A stretch of DNA of 64,000 bases. Source: an uncultured delta proteobacterium. GTDB taxonomy: Bacteria > Myxococcota_A > Polyangia > Fen-1088. Position 1 is the stretch's first letter; each line of letters starts with the position of its first letter. The notes under the pieces were generated by a model. It saw nothing but the letters and a program-made list of their open reading frames with translations, ran no database searches and was not told the DNA's origin. The DNA lies in NCBI GenBank assembly GCA_963767925.1, contig CAVYGB010000010.1, forward strand, positions 1,120,001 to 1,184,000, read 5' to 3'. A program made the position numbers and the translations under genes. Below are positions 29,439 through 39,629 of the stretch, in pieces.

Positions 29439-31097
29439 TCAGCCCAGCCGCTCGACCCCGGGACGACCCGCCTGCAGGGCGAACGACGCTACCGTCACGA
29501 TGGGCGCGCCGGGCCGGCTCACGTAGGGCATCACCCGCACGTCGGTGCGCCAGCTCCGCCGGTCGAGCCGGAAGCGCAGGTAACCGCGAAAGCCGTTGTG
29601 GAACTTGAGGTGCGGGTTGGCCGCCAGGATGGCCTGGGCTCCCGGGCTGACCCCCGCCCCGTCGCCGCTCGAGGACAGGGCGGGCCCCACGAACTCGGTG
29701 GCCACGGTGGCCGAGCGGGGATCGTCGAAGCTCTCCTTCAGCTCGGCCACCCAGGTGCGGTGGTCGTCGCCGGTGAGGACCACCGGGTTGGCCGGCCGAT
29801 GCTCGGCAAAGAAGCGGATCAGGCGCTTGCGCGCGGCCGGGTAGCCGTCCCACTTGTCCTGGTTGCTCAGCACGCCCCGCTCGGGCGCGGGATACAGCCG
29901 CTGGGCCACGAAGATCCCCTGGGCCAGCGCGTTCCAGCGGGCGCGCGAGCCCTCCAGGCCCTCGCGCAGCCAGGCCTCTTGCCGGGCGCCCAGCATGCTG
30001 GCCGACTCCACCTCGGGCGGCTCCAGCCGCGGCCCCCAGCCGATCCGGCCGGGCGGCTGGGTGCGGTACTGGCGGGTGTCGAGCAGGTGCAGATCGAGCA
30101 GGTCGCCGAAGCCGAGGCGCCGGTGGAGCAACATGCTGGGGCCCGCCGGCTGCGCGCTCGCCCGCAGGGGCAGGTGCTCGTAGAAGGCCTGGTAGGCGGC
30201 GGCCCGCCGCAGGGCGAAGCGCTCGGGATCCAGCCCGCCGAGCTGGAAGTCGCCCCCGTAGTTGTCGTCCACCTCGTGGTCGTCCCAGATCACCATCCAG
30301 GGGAAGGCGGCGTGGGCCGCCTGCAGGTTGGGATCGGTCTTGTAGAGCGCGTAGCGGTTCCGGTAGTCCTCGAGGGTCGTCAGCTCGGGGCTGTTGTGGG
30401 GCCGAACCGCCTGCTGGTCGATCCCGCCCTCGTAGATGTAGTCGCCGAGGTGGACGACGAAGTCGAGCTCCTCGGCGCACAGGTGCTGAAAGCCGGTGTA
30501 GAGCCCGGCCTGCCAGTCCAGGCAGGAGGTGGCGGCGAAGGCCAGCCGATCCAGCCGCGCGCCCCCCTCGGGCGCGGTCCGGGTGCGGCCGGTGGGCGAG
30601 GTCTCCCCGCCCGCGAGGAACCGGTAAAAATACCAGCGCCCCGGGGCCAGCCCCCCGACCTCGACGTGGACCGAGTGGGCCAGCCCGGGGGTGGCGGTTG
30701 TCGTCCCCTCGGCCACCATGTTCGTCATCTTCTCGTCGCTGGCCACCTGCCAGCGCACCGGGACCGGCTCGGGCGGCATGCCGCCCCCCTGCAGGGGAAG
30801 AGGCGCCAGGCGGGTCCAGAGCACGAAGCCGTCGGGCGTGGGATCGCCCGAGGCGACCCCCAGGGTGAACAGATTGGCGGGCAGCAGCACGGCCCGCTCG
30901 CGCGCGGGCTCGACCGCCTGCGGCGGGGCAGGGGCCGGCGCCGGCAGCACCGCCGGCGCGGAAGCGGGCAGCGGCGCGGGCGCGACAACCAGCGGCTCAC
31001 GGGGCGGCACCGCCCGGGTCAGCGAGCACCCGGCCCAGGCCGCGGCGCTGGACAGCAGCGCGCGGCGGCTGGGTCGGTGGGGATCCCGTCGGGACAT
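29439..31097 (-). CDS. phoD: PhoD-family alkaline phosphatase, Tat-exported
   Basis: SRRALL Tat motif; FTLGVASGDP, HLGDYIYE, WDDHEV, LLDTRQYR, DKWDGY, LTGD. Confidence 0.93.
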   Translation of the reverse strand: MSRRDPHRPSRRALLSSAAAWAGCSLTRAVPPREPLVVAPAPLPASAPAVLPAPAPAPPQAVEPARERAVLLPANLFTLGVASGDPTPDGFVLWTRLAPLPLQGGGMPPEPVPVRWQVASDEKMTNMVAEGTTTATPGLAHSVHVEVGGLAPGRWYFYRFLAGGETSPTGRTRTAPEGGARLDRLAFAATSCLDWQAGLYTGFQHLCAEELDFVVHLGDYIYEGGIDQQAVRPHNSPELTTLEDYRNRYALYKTDPNLQAAHAAFPWMVIWDDHEVDDNYGGDFQLGGLDPERFALRRAAAYQAFYEHLPLRASAQPAGPSMLLHRRLGFGDLLDLHLLDTRQYRTQPPGRIGWGPRLEPPEVESASMLGARQEAWLREGLEGSRARWNALAQGIFVAQRLYPAPERGVLSNQDKWDGYPAARKRLIRFFAEHRPANPVVLTGDDHRTWVAELKESFDDPRSATVATEFVGPALSSSGDGAGVSPGAQAILAANPHLKFHNGFRGYLRFRLDRRSWRTDVRVMPYVSRPGAPIVTVASFALQAGRPGVERLG

Positions 31098-31280
31098 GCG
31101 GCGCAGTCTACGTCATGAGTTTTCGGGCGGCCTATTACGATTCCGGCCGGCGCGGAACCTGCCGGGGGGGCCCGGGCGGCGGCGGCGATCTGGCCGGCGC
31201 GGGCCCGGGACCACGGAATGAGCAGGAACCGCCAGGGCGCCCCGCCCCGCCCGGCCCGGGCCGGCGCTATAGTGCGCCCC

Positions 31281-32216
31281 ATGAACCGAACGGCAAAGCC
31301 CTCACGACGTGAGATTGGAAAGCTCGCGGCCGGCGCCCTCGCCGCGGTGGCCGCCGCCCGGCTGGCGCGCCCGGCCCAGGCCGCGCCCCGCAAGCCGGCG
31401 CTCAGGAAGACCTCGGGCGTGGTGCTCGGGGTCCAGAGCTACAGCTTCCGCGACCGCCCGCTCGACGAGGCGATCGCCGCGATGTCCTCGATCGGCCTCG
31501 CCACCTGCGAGCTGTGGCAGGGCCACCTCGAGCCGCGCCTCAACAAGCCGGACGCCACCGCCGAAGACCGCAAGGCCCACCGGGAGACCGTACGCAAGTG
31601 GCGCCTCGAGACGCCGCTCGAGCACTTCAAGGAGATCGCCGCCAAGTTCAGCAAGGCCGGCGTCCCCCTGTGCGCCTACAACTACAGCTTCAAGGACGAC
31701 TTCTCCGACGAGGAGATCGATCGCGGGTTCGCCATCGCCAGGGCGATGGGGGTCGACGCCATCACCGCCTCGGCCAACCAGAAGGTCGTCGCCCGGGTGG
31801 CCCCCTTCGCCCGCAAGCACAAGCTCACGGTGGCGATGCACAACCACTCGGAGATCGACCCCAACGAGTTCGCCACCCCCGAAGACTTCGAGAACGCGAT
31901 GAAGGGCCCCGGCCGCGAGCGCATCTCGGTCAACCTCGACATCGGCCACTACACCGCCGCCAACTTCGACGCCGTGGCCTTCTTGCAGAAGCACCACCGG
32001 CGCATCGTCACCCTCCACATCAAGGACCGCAAGAAGGACCAGGGACCGCTCACCGCCTTCGGCGAGGGCGACGCCCCCATCCGCCAGGTCCTGGCCCTCC
32101 TGCGCGACAAGAAGTGGCCCATCCCGGCCAACATCGAGTTCGAATACAAGGCCGACGATCCGGTCGCCGAGGTCAAGCGCTGCCTGGAATATTGCCAGCG
32201 CGCCCTGGTCGCCTGA
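31281..32216 (+). CDS. Sugar phosphate isomerase/epimerase (xylose isomerase-like TIM barrel), Tat signal
   Basis: SRRE twin-arginine; [27 protein letters not shown]. Confidence 0.88.
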   Translation: MNRTAKPSRREIGKLAAGALAAVAAARLARPAQAAPRKPALRKTSGVVLGVQSYSFRDRPLDEAIAAMSSIGLATCELWQGHLEPRLNKPDATAEDRKAHRETVRKWRLETPLEHFKEIAAKFSKAGVPLCAYNYSFKDDFSDEEIDRGFAIARAMGVDAITASANQKVVARVAPFARKHKLTVAMHNHSEIDPNEFATPEDFENAMKGPGRERISVNLDIGHYTAANFDAVAFLQKHHRRIVTLHIKDRKKDQGPLTAFGEGDAPIRQVLALLRDKKWPIPANIEFEYKADDPVAEVKRCLEYCQRALVA

Positions 32217-32238
32217 CCCGCCCTTCACCGGAAAAACG

Positions 32239-32274
32239 CAGCGGGCCCCGCGCCATCCCTGGCGGGGCCCGCTG
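32239..32274. terminator. Hairpin between convergent genes, probable terminator
   Basis: 13-bp perfect stem CAGCGGGCCCCGC / GCGGGGCCCGCTG; A-run on the left gives a T-tail on the minus strand. Confidence 0.7.
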
Positions 32275-32303
32275 ACTCTCTCCCTCTCTACCCGAAGCTC
32301 TTC

Positions 32304-33119
32304 TCAGAAGCGCAGGGCCAGACCACCGCGCACGTGGGTGGCGCGCTCGTGGCTCTCGAAGGCGCCGCTGGCCGTCTCGTCGAAGCCGAGGCGGTGCATC
32401 TGGGCGATCTGGCCGTCGAGCACGACGTGGCGGCCCAGGCGCAGCTCGAGGCCGACGCCGAAGCGACCCAGGAGCTGGACGGCGTGCACCTCGAGGTCGT
32501 TGGCCCGCAGCTCGGCCCGGCCGAGCCCGCCGGCCAGCTCGAGGTAGGGGGCCAGGGCGGCGTTCCAGAGGAAGACCCGGCCCGAGACCAGGCCGCCGAC
32601 GTCGGAGCGACGGGTGTCGTCCGAGGGGCGGCGCGCGCCCAGCGACTGCAGCTCGAGCGAGAGCAGGCTGTGCGACGAGGTCCGGAACTGCAGGGCCGCG
32701 GCCACGCCCCCCAGCGGGAGCTGGTCGGTCTGCGGGGCCTCGACCAGGCCGGTCACCGCCAGGCCGATGTCGGGCGCCCCGTAGCGGTGCCGGTAGCCCT
32801 GCACCGCCAGCGGCGGGGGCGGCGGCGGGGCGGCCGGCGGCGGCGGCGGGTAGGAATAGCCGTAGGCCGGCGGCGGAGGGGGCGGCGGGGGCGCCGGGTA
32901 CCCGTATTCGTAATAGTAGTGGGGCCGGTGGAACCAGTTGTGGACCGCCGCGCCGGCGATGACACCGACGCCGAAGCCCAGCCAGCCGCCCCCGCCGCCG
33001 CGCCGCCAGCGCCCGCGCGCCTCGGCGTCGCCGGGCGAGAGCGACAGGGCGAAGAACAGGGCCAGCGCGGCGCCGGCAATCGACGTGATGCGAACGAGGG
33101 TCTTCTTTGCTGCAAACAT
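32304..33119 (-). CDS. Secreted Pro/Tyr-rich protein with C-terminal outer-membrane beta-barrel-like domain
   Basis: Signal peptide ending AEA; poly-Pro; amphipathic strands; terminal Phe. Confidence 0.7.
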   Translation of the reverse strand: MFAAKKTLVRITSIAGAALALFFALSLSPGDAEARGRWRRGGGGGWLGFGVGVIAGAAVHNWFHRPHYYYEYGYPAPPPPPPPPAYGYSYPPPPPAAPPPPPPLAVQGYRHRYGAPDIGLAVTGLVEAPQTDQLPLGGVAAALQFRTSSHSLLSLELQSLGARRPSDDTRRSDVGGLVSGRVFLWNAALAPYLELAGGLGRAELRANDLEVHAVQLLGRFGVGLELRLGRHVVLDGQIAQMHRLGFDETASGAFESHERATHVRGGLALRF

Positions 33120-33158
33120 GGTCCGCGCCTCCGGCACGAGTGACATGTCCCGGGATAC

Positions 33159-33174
33159 AGCATCCGACGTGCCA
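33159..33174 (-). promoter_or_regulatory. Putative sigma54 -24/-12 promoter
   Basis: Minus strand TGGCACGTCGGATGCT, upstream of a GGAGG RBS and ATG 33119. Confidence 0.65.
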
Positions 33175-33462
33175 CCCGCGGGCCCGGAAAACCGCGGCGT
33201 CACGGCCTCTCCGGGGCGGCGCACCCCGGCTGTGGCCCGATCACCACGGCGCGCACCGTGACCCCCGGGAACAGTGGGCCCCCTCCCCACCTGCGCGCGG
33301 CGCGCGCAACCGATCGCCCGCGCCGTCCGAAGCCCGGAGGTGCCGACGTCATCCCAGCCGCCGCGATCGAAACAAAACGCGACGCCGTTTCGGCCCGTCC
33401 GCCGCCGCCCTGCGGTGGTCGCCCGGGTCGAGGTCGGTGTATAAGTGGCGGCCGTGATCGCC

Positions 33463-34545
33463 ATGAGGGGGGCCGTGCGATTCCTTGCTCTCGCTGCCGC
33501 GTGCGCGCTGGCGTTGCAGGCGCCGGCGCGCCTGGCCTCGGCGCAGGCCGTCGAGGATCCCGAAGCGCTGATCCGCCAGGGGGTCAACCGGCGCCACCTG
33601 GGCGACAACCAGGGCGCCTACCGGCTGTTCATGCGGGCCTATAGCGCCCGCCGCACGGCCAAGGCCGCCGCCCAGCTCGGCTCCTGTGAATACGAGATCG
33701 GGCTGTGGGTCGAGTCGGAGGCGCACATCACCGAGGCGCTGCGCGCGGTCGGCGACGCCTGGATCGAGTCCAACCGGGCCCAGCTCGTGCTGGTGATGAA
33801 CAACCTGCGCACGGTGCTCGGGCGGCTCGAGGTGGTGGGCCGCCCCGCCGGCGCCGAGGTCGAGGTGGCCGGCCGGGCGATGGGCACCTTGCCGCTCGAG
33901 GGCCCCCTGCGCGTGGTCAAGGGCGAGATCGCCGTGCGCGTGTCGGCCCCCGGCCACCGCCCCCTGATGCGCTCGGTGACGGTCGCGGCCAACGAGCTGG
34001 CCCAGGTTGTCGTCGAGCTGGACCGGGCCGAGCCCGGCGAGGTGGCAGCCGGGTCGGTGCGACCGGTGGCGCGCAACCCCTACGCCGGCGCAGGGGGCCC
34101 CGCCCTCCCCCCCGACCACCTCCCCAACTACTTGAGCGACGGGCCCGCCGCGAGCCTGCCCGACTGGCGGGTGCCCGCGGCCTGGGCCAGCGCCGGCGTG
34201 GCCGCCCTGCTCGGGGTGGGCGCCGGGGTCGGCGCCTGGGTCTCCTACTCGAACGTCAAGCAGTTCAACGACCACACCAGCGCCCCCAACACCTTCAACA
34301 AGCGCTGCAACCAGCGCGCGGCCGACGACGGCGGCGGGCGCTGCCCGGGCTGGCTGTCGACCGCCGAGACCTCCAGGACGCTGGCCATCGCCGCCGGGGC
34401 GGGGGCCGGGGCGGCCGCGGTGGTGGCGATCATCCTGTTCGCCACCACGCCCGACGACGGGCTGTCCGGACGCCGGGCCCAGCGCGCCCTGACCTGCGGG
34501 CCGGGCCCGGGCGCCGCCGGCGGGGCTTGCCTCTGGCGTTTCTGA
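33463..34545 (+). CDS. TPR + PEGA domain protein
   Basis: Signal peptide; TPR-like helices; PAGAEVEVAG...VSAPGH PEGA motif; C-terminal hydrophobic segments; start uncertain (33445-33463). Confidence 0.8.
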   Translation: MRGAVRFLALAAACALALQAPARLASAQAVEDPEALIRQGVNRRHLGDNQGAYRLFMRAYSARRTAKAAAQLGSCEYEIGLWVESEAHITEALRAVGDAWIESNRAQLVLVMNNLRTVLGRLEVVGRPAGAEVEVAGRAMGTLPLEGPLRVVKGEIAVRVSAPGHRPLMRSVTVAANELAQVVVELDRAEPGEVAAGSVRPVARNPYAGAGGPALPPDHLPNYLSDGPAASLPDWRVPAAWASAGVAALLGVGAGVGAWVSYSNVKQFNDHTSAPNTFNKRCNQRAADDGGGRCPGWLSTAETSRTLAIAAGAGAGAAAVVAIILFATTPDDGLSGRRAQRALTCGPGPGAAGGACLWRF

Positions 34546-34553
34546 CGGTAGCG

Positions 34554-37500
34554 ATGTCGACCGCCGCTGTCGGGCTGGGCGTGCTGGGCGCCGCCGCCGC
34601 GAACGCGGCGCCGGGTGGTCCCGGCGGGCTGGCGGCCCTGAGCGAGGGCCAGGTGCTGGCCGGGCACTTCCGGCTGCGCCGGATCTACCAGGGCCCGGAT
34701 GGACAGGCTCGCGGAGCCCGTTTCCTCCACGACAGCGGCATGCCGGTCGACCTGCTGTTTTTCCCCTCGGCGCCCCGGCTCTCGATCTACGCGCGCACCC
34801 TGCCGGTCTCGGACAAGGGCGAGCCTCACACCGGCGAGCACCTGCTGCTCGGCAAGGGCCGCACCGGCCGCACGCTCACCGGGCTCATGGAGATGCGGCT
34901 GGGCGCGCACTCGGCCGAGACCCACCCCGACATGGTCTGCTACCACTTCCGGGCCTCCGTCGGTCCGGAGGACTTCCTCGACCTCACCGCGGCCATGATG
35001 ACGGCGCTGCTGCGGCCCGACTACACCGACGAGGAGATCCGGCGGGAGGTGGCCCACGTCGAGGCGGTGCCTGGCCCCGCCGGCACGCTCCGGCTCGAGG
35101 AGAAGGGGACCGTCTACAACGAGATGGTCGCCACCGTGCAGGAGCAAAACTCGGTGATCTGGCAGCAGGTGCGCGCCCTGGGCTACGGGGCGGGCCACCC
35201 GCTGGCCCACGACGCCGGCGGCCTGCCCGAGGGGATCCGGGCGCTCGGCCCGGAGGAGGTGCGGCGCTTTCACGCCGCCAACTACCACCTGGGCCCGAAC
35301 ATGGCGATGGTGGCGGTGGTGCCGCTCACCTGGTCGGCCGAGGACTACCTCGCCCGCCTGCAGGCGGTGCTGGCCCGGGTCGAGCCGGAGCCGCCCCGCC
35401 TGCGCTACCCGACCCTGCCCGCGCCGCGCCCGGTGCAGCCCCCCGGCATCCGGATCGGCAAGTTCCCCTCCGCCGACCAGAGCTCTGCCCAGGGCGTGGT
35501 GCTCGCCTGGCCGCCCCTTATGGGCCCCACCTTGCGCGAGGAGCTGCGGATCGGCCTGCTGCTGTCGGTGCTCGGCTCGGGCGACGCCTCCCTCCTGCAC
35601 CGCGATCTGGTCGACGGCAAGACCCGCCTGATCGACACCGGCGCCACCGGGGTGGGGACCTACATCGACGACGGGCTGCTGCCGATGCCGACCGTCTCGC
35701 TCGGCGGGCTGCGCCTGGACACGATCACCCGCCCGGTGCTCGGCCGCCTGCGCACGCTGGTGCAGCGGCGCATCCGCTGGCTGGCCGACCTGCCCGCGGG
35801 CAGCCCCGATCTCCTCCAGGTGGCCGAGCGGGCCCGGGCCCTGCTGGCGGCGCAGCGGCGGGGCGTGTTGCGCGCGCTCGACGACGCGCCCGGCTTCGGC
35901 GACAGCAACGGCGCCGCCGGCTGGCACCGCTACCTCGACACCCTCGAGCGGGAGGGCGGCTTCCAGGCACCGCTGCTGCCAGAGGCCGTCTTCGCCGAGC
36001 TCGAGCGGGATCTCGCCGGCGGGACCAACCTGTGGCGGGCCATCGCCGAGCGGGCGGGGCTGCTCGGCGTGCCCCACGTGATCTCGGCCCGCCCCGAGCC
36101 GAAGCTGCTGGCCCGCGATCGCAAGGAGCGCGAGGCCCGCATCCAGGGCAAGCTGCGCGCGCTCAAGGCCCGCCTGGGGGTGCGCGAGGAGCAGGCCGCC
36201 CTGGCCCGCTTCAAGGAAGAGTTCGACGCCAGCACCCGGACCCTCGAGGCGCGCAACCAGACCGTCCCGCTCCCGAGCTTCCTGGCCAACCCACCGCTGA
36301 CCCGCGACGACGCCCCCTTCCTGCGCGGGCAGCTCCCCGGCGCGGTCCCGGTGGTGCGCACCCACTTCGACTCGACCGTCTTCACCGACGCCTCCCTGGC
36401 CTTCGACCTGCGCGGCCTGCCGGCCGCCGACGCGGAGGTCCTGCCGCTGCTGAGCACCATCGACGACCTCGGCGTCACGACCCGGGAAGGGGAGGTCCTC
36501 GACTACGCCGCCACCGAGGAGCGGATGCGGGCCAGCGTGTACAGCGTCGGCCTGGGCCTCAGCCTCAACGCCCGCACCCGCCGGGCCGAGCTGGTGCTGG
36601 GCGGCACCGCCTCCAGCGCCGAGGAGATCGGGCGGCTGGCCGGGTGGATCGACACTTACTTGCACCGGGCCCGCCTCGACCCTTCGGTGCGGGGGCGGCT
36701 CGTCGACGTCGTGCGGGGGCGGATCCTGGCCCTGCGCGGGCTGTTCCAGACCGACCCCGATAGCTGGGCCGGGCAGGTCGCGGACGTTATCGATCACGAG
36801 GACCAGCCCTTTTACCTGGCGGTCCACAGCCCGTTCACCAGCCTCTATTATCTACAGCGCTGGCGCTGGCGGCTCGAGGACCCGGCGCCCGAGGGCCGGG
36901 ACCGGCTGCGCGCCAGCATCGCCCAGGTCGCCGCGGCGGTGGCGGCGGGCGACCGGCCGGCGCTGGCCAAGCAGCTCGCCGGCCTGACCGGCGACCTCGG
37001 CGAGCAGCTCCGCTTCGAGCTCGACCACCTGCCGCCCGACACCTGGGCGCGCGATCTGACCCGCCTGGTACGGGAGATCGAGGCCGACCTGGCGGTGGCG
37101 CCGGCCGGGGTATTCGACCGGCTGCGGGGGGCGCTGGCCCGGATCCGGGTGCGGGCGGGCGCGCGGGTCCAGATCACGAGCAGCACGGCCAATGCCGATC
37201 GGGCCAGCGCCGCGCTCGAGCCGCTGCTGGCAGCGCTGCCCGCCGGGGAGCGGCGGGAGGCCGCCGGAGCCGCCCCGCCGGCCCGCGGGTGGATCCGCGA
37301 GCGGCTGCGCGAGCGCTACCCGACGATCGCGCTCGGCCCCCACCTGGCCCTGGTCCACGACAGCGCGAGCGGCGCCACCCACCACATCGTCGTGCCGGGC
37401 CCCGACTACCGGCGCGTCGACCGGGAGGCGGTGCTGGATCTGCTGACAGTGGGGCTGTTCGCGGGGGGCGGGCCCTCCTCGCTGTTCATGCACACCTGGG

Positions 37501-38021
37501 CCGCCGGCCTGGCCTACAGCAACGGCATCACCGCCCACCTCACCCGCGGGCGCATCGTCTATTCGGCCCAGCGCTGCCCCGATCCGGTCGAGACCATCCG
37601 CTTCGTCGCCGGCTTCGCGAAGTCGGCCCGGGTGGACCGGGATCTCGTGGAGGCCAGCCTGGCCTTCACCTTCGGGGACTACGCCGGCGACGAGAGCTTT
37701 TCCACCCGGGGCGCCCGCATCGCGGGGGACGTCCTCGACGGCCTCGAGCCAGACCGCGTCCGCGCCTTCAAGACCGAGGTGCTGGCGGTGGCCCGGGAGG
37801 CGGACGCCCCCGAGCGGCTGGCCCGGCGCATCCCCCAGGTGCTGGGCCAGGTCCTCGTCGGGGCCGGCGGCAAGGTCGCGGCCGGTCCGGCCCGGGTGGC
37901 CCTGGTCGCCGGCCCGACCCGCCTGCTCGATCGCTATCAGACCTTCCTCGAGGAGAACGGCGAGGCCACCACCTTGCCCCGCCTCTACCCCCGCGACTTC
38001 TGGCCGCCAGAAAAACCCTGA
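34554..38021 (+). CDS. M16 (insulinase/presequence protease-like) metallopeptidase
   Basis: Inverted zinc motif HTGEH; KGTVYNEM; GGLPEGIR...FHAANYH; start may be TTG 34527. Confidence 0.8.
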   Translation: MSTAAVGLGVLGAAAANAAPGGPGGLAALSEGQVLAGHFRLRRIYQGPDGQARGARFLHDSGMPVDLLFFPSAPRLSIYARTLPVSDKGEPHTGEHLLLGKGRTGRTLTGLMEMRLGAHSAETHPDMVCYHFRASVGPEDFLDLTAAMMTALLRPDYTDEEIRREVAHVEAVPGPAGTLRLEEKGTVYNEMVATVQEQNSVIWQQVRALGYGAGHPLAHDAGGLPEGIRALGPEEVRRFHAANYHLGPNMAMVAVVPLTWSAEDYLARLQAVLARVEPEPPRLRYPTLPAPRPVQPPGIRIGKFPSADQSSAQGVVLAWPPLMGPTLREELRIGLLLSVLGSGDASLLHRDLVDGKTRLIDTGATGVGTYIDDGLLPMPTVSLGGLRLDTITRPVLGRLRTLVQRRIRWLADLPAGSPDLLQVAERARALLAAQRRGVLRALDDAPGFGDSNGAAGWHRYLDTLEREGGFQAPLLPEAVFAELERDLAGGTNLWRAIAERAGLLGVPHVISARPEPKLLARDRKEREARIQGKLRALKARLGVREEQAALARFKEEFDASTRTLEARNQTVPLPSFLANPPLTRDDAPFLRGQLPGAVPVVRTHFDSTVFTDASLAFDLRGLPAADAEVLPLLSTIDDLGVTTREGEVLDYAATEERMRASVYSVGLGLSLNARTRRAELVLGGTASSAEEIGRLAGWIDTYLHRARLDPSVRGRLVDVVRGRILALRGLFQTDPDSWAGQVADVIDHEDQPFYLAVHSPFTSLYYLQRWRWRLEDPAPEGRDRLRASIAQVAAAVAAGDRPALAKQLAGLTGDLGEQLRFELDHLPPDTWARDLTRLVREIEADLAVAPAGVFDRLRGALARIRVRAGARVQITSSTANADRASAALEPLLAALPAGERREAAGAAPPARGWIRERLRERYPTIALGPHLALVHDSASGATHHIVVPGPDYRRVDREAVLDLLTVGLFAGGGPSSLFMHTWAAGLAYSNGITAHLTRGRIVYSAQRCPDPVETIRFVAGFAKSARVDRDLVEASLAFTFGDYAGDESFSTRGARIAGDVLDGLEPDRVRAFKTEVLAVAREADAPERLARRIPQVLGQVLVGAGGKVAAGPARVALVAGPTRLLDRYQTFLEENGEATTLPRLYPRDFWPPEKP

Positions 38022-38024
38022 CCG

Positions 38025-39122
38025 TCAGCGCGGAGCCAGCGGCAAGGGCGGAGCGGCCTGGGGGTGGGCCGCCGCGAAGTCCTCCCCGGCCAGCACGCCC
38101 ACGGTGGCCGCCACCTGGGCCAGGGTCAGCGGCGGGTGCTCGCCCCGCTCGCCCAGCGCCGGGATACCCGGCCCGATCGCCGCCACCCAGACGTTCTCGG
38201 CGCCCGGGATCTCCGCGCCGTGCCGGCCCCAGCCGTCGGGGCCGTCGCCGCGCCCGTGGTCGGTGGTGACGAGCAGCGAGGTCTGCCCCGCCCACCCCGG
38301 GCGGGTCTGCAGCGCGGCCCACAGCTCGCCCAGCCAGCGATCCGAGCGGCGGACGGCGTCGAGGTAGCGGTCGTACCGTCCTGCGTGGGCCCACTCGTCG
38401 GTGTCCCCGAGCGCCAGGTAGACAACGCGCGGGTCGTGCGCCTGCAGGTGCCCGAGGGCGGCGTGGAACACGAAGGCGTCGTAGACGCTGTCCCGCCAGG
38501 GCGGCGGCGCCTCCGCGCGGAGCCGCTCCAGCAGGCCCGGCCGGGGTGGCAGCGCCGTGCCGGCGTCGATGGTCAGACCGCTGCGCGCCTGGTTGAGGAT
38601 GGCGGGGAAGGCGTCCCAGGAGGTGAAGGCCACCACCCGCCCGGCGAACCCGGGCCGGCGGTCGAGCCATTCGAGCACGGTGGGGTCGGGGTTGGGCACC
38701 CGGGTGTTGTCGCCGATGGTAGGAGAGGCGAACCCGCACAGCAGCTCGTGGTACCCCGGGTAGGAGACCCGGAAGGGGTTGGCCAGCACCACCTTGCTGC
38801 CCCGATCCTGGTTGCCGAGCAGCTGCCCCTGCGCCGCCAGCGCCCCCCACAGGAACGGCATCAGCGCCCGCCGCCGCTCCGCCACACCGCCGCCGCCAGC
38901 CGATCCCGCCGCCGGCGCCGGGTCGGCGCCGGGGCTCGCCGCCAGCGCCGGGTCGGCGCCGCGGAACACCTCCTGCCAGCGCACGCCGTCCAGGGTCACC
39001 AGCACCACCCGGGGGCCCGCCCCCGAAGAGGAAAGCGCCGAGGCAAAGCCCGAGGCACAGCCAGAGGCACAGGCACAGGTCAGCAGGAGCAAGAGCCCGG
39101 CAGCGCCCGATCGCGAGGACAT
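38025..39122 (-). CDS. Alkaline phosphatase superfamily lipoprotein
   Basis: LVTLDGVRWQE, SYPGY, DTDEWAH, TTDHGRG, HG. Confidence 0.88.
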   Translation of the reverse strand: MSSRSGAAGLLLLLTCACASGCASGFASALSSSGAGPRVVLVTLDGVRWQEVFRGADPALAASPGADPAPAAGSAGGGGVAERRRALMPFLWGALAAQGQLLGNQDRGSKVVLANPFRVSYPGYHELLCGFASPTIGDNTRVPNPDPTVLEWLDRRPGFAGRVVAFTSWDAFPAILNQARSGLTIDAGTALPPRPGLLERLRAEAPPPWRDSVYDAFVFHAALGHLQAHDPRVVYLALGDTDEWAHAGRYDRYLDAVRRSDRWLGELWAALQTRPGWAGQTSLLVTTDHGRGDGPDGWGRHGAEIPGAENVWVAAIGPGIPALGERGEHPPLTLAQVAATVGVLAGEDFAAAHPQAAPPLPLAPR

Positions 39123-39209
39123 GCCCGCAGGGTTACTCCGCCGGGGCCCCCCGGTAAAGGGCACCCCCGGCCCGAACGTCACGAGTCCACGGGTTGCTAA
39201 GCTTCTCCG

Positions 39210-39611
39210 GTGCCGATCCGGACCAGACGCTGGAACGATCCGGCCGAGCCGGAGGACGGCTTCCGCCTGCTGATCACCCGCTTCCGGCCGCGGGGCGTGG
39301 CCCGCGCCGCGGAGACCTGGGAACAATGGTGGCCCGAGCTGGCCCCCAGCCGCGAGCTGCTCGCCGATTACCACGGCAAGACCGGGGCGCCCATCACCTT
39401 CGCCGCCTACACCCCCCGCTACCTGCAGGAGATGCAGAGCCAGACCTTCCGCCTGCGGGCGCTCGCCGACCGCGCCCGGGAGGGCGAGACCATCACCCTG
39501 CTCTGCTCGTCGGCCTGCACCGATCCGACCCGCTGCCACCGGACCCTGCTGGCCCGCCTGCTCGAGTCCGCCATCAAACCGGGCAAGGGCAGGTCCGGTC
39601 CGTCCCGCTGA
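39210..39611 (+). CDS. DUF488 family protein
   Basis: DGFRLLITRFRPRGV, WWPELAPSRELL, ITLLC, CHR. Confidence 0.85.
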   Translation: MPIRTRRWNDPAEPEDGFRLLITRFRPRGVARAAETWEQWWPELAPSRELLADYHGKTGAPITFAAYTPRYLQEMQSQTFRLRALADRAREGETITLLCSSACTDPTRCHRTLLARLLESAIKPGKGRSGPSR

Positions 39612-39629
39612 GCGGGCGCCGGCCCGGTC

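Noticed and set aside
33705..34526. N-terminal extension of the 1438-aa M16 ORF
   Set aside because: Alternate frame of the PEGA gene
29439..39122. Phosphate-scavenging cluster (PhoD plus AP-superfamily gene)
   Set aside because: The genes are 7 kb apart with unrelated genes between, and no Pho-box-like repeat was recognised
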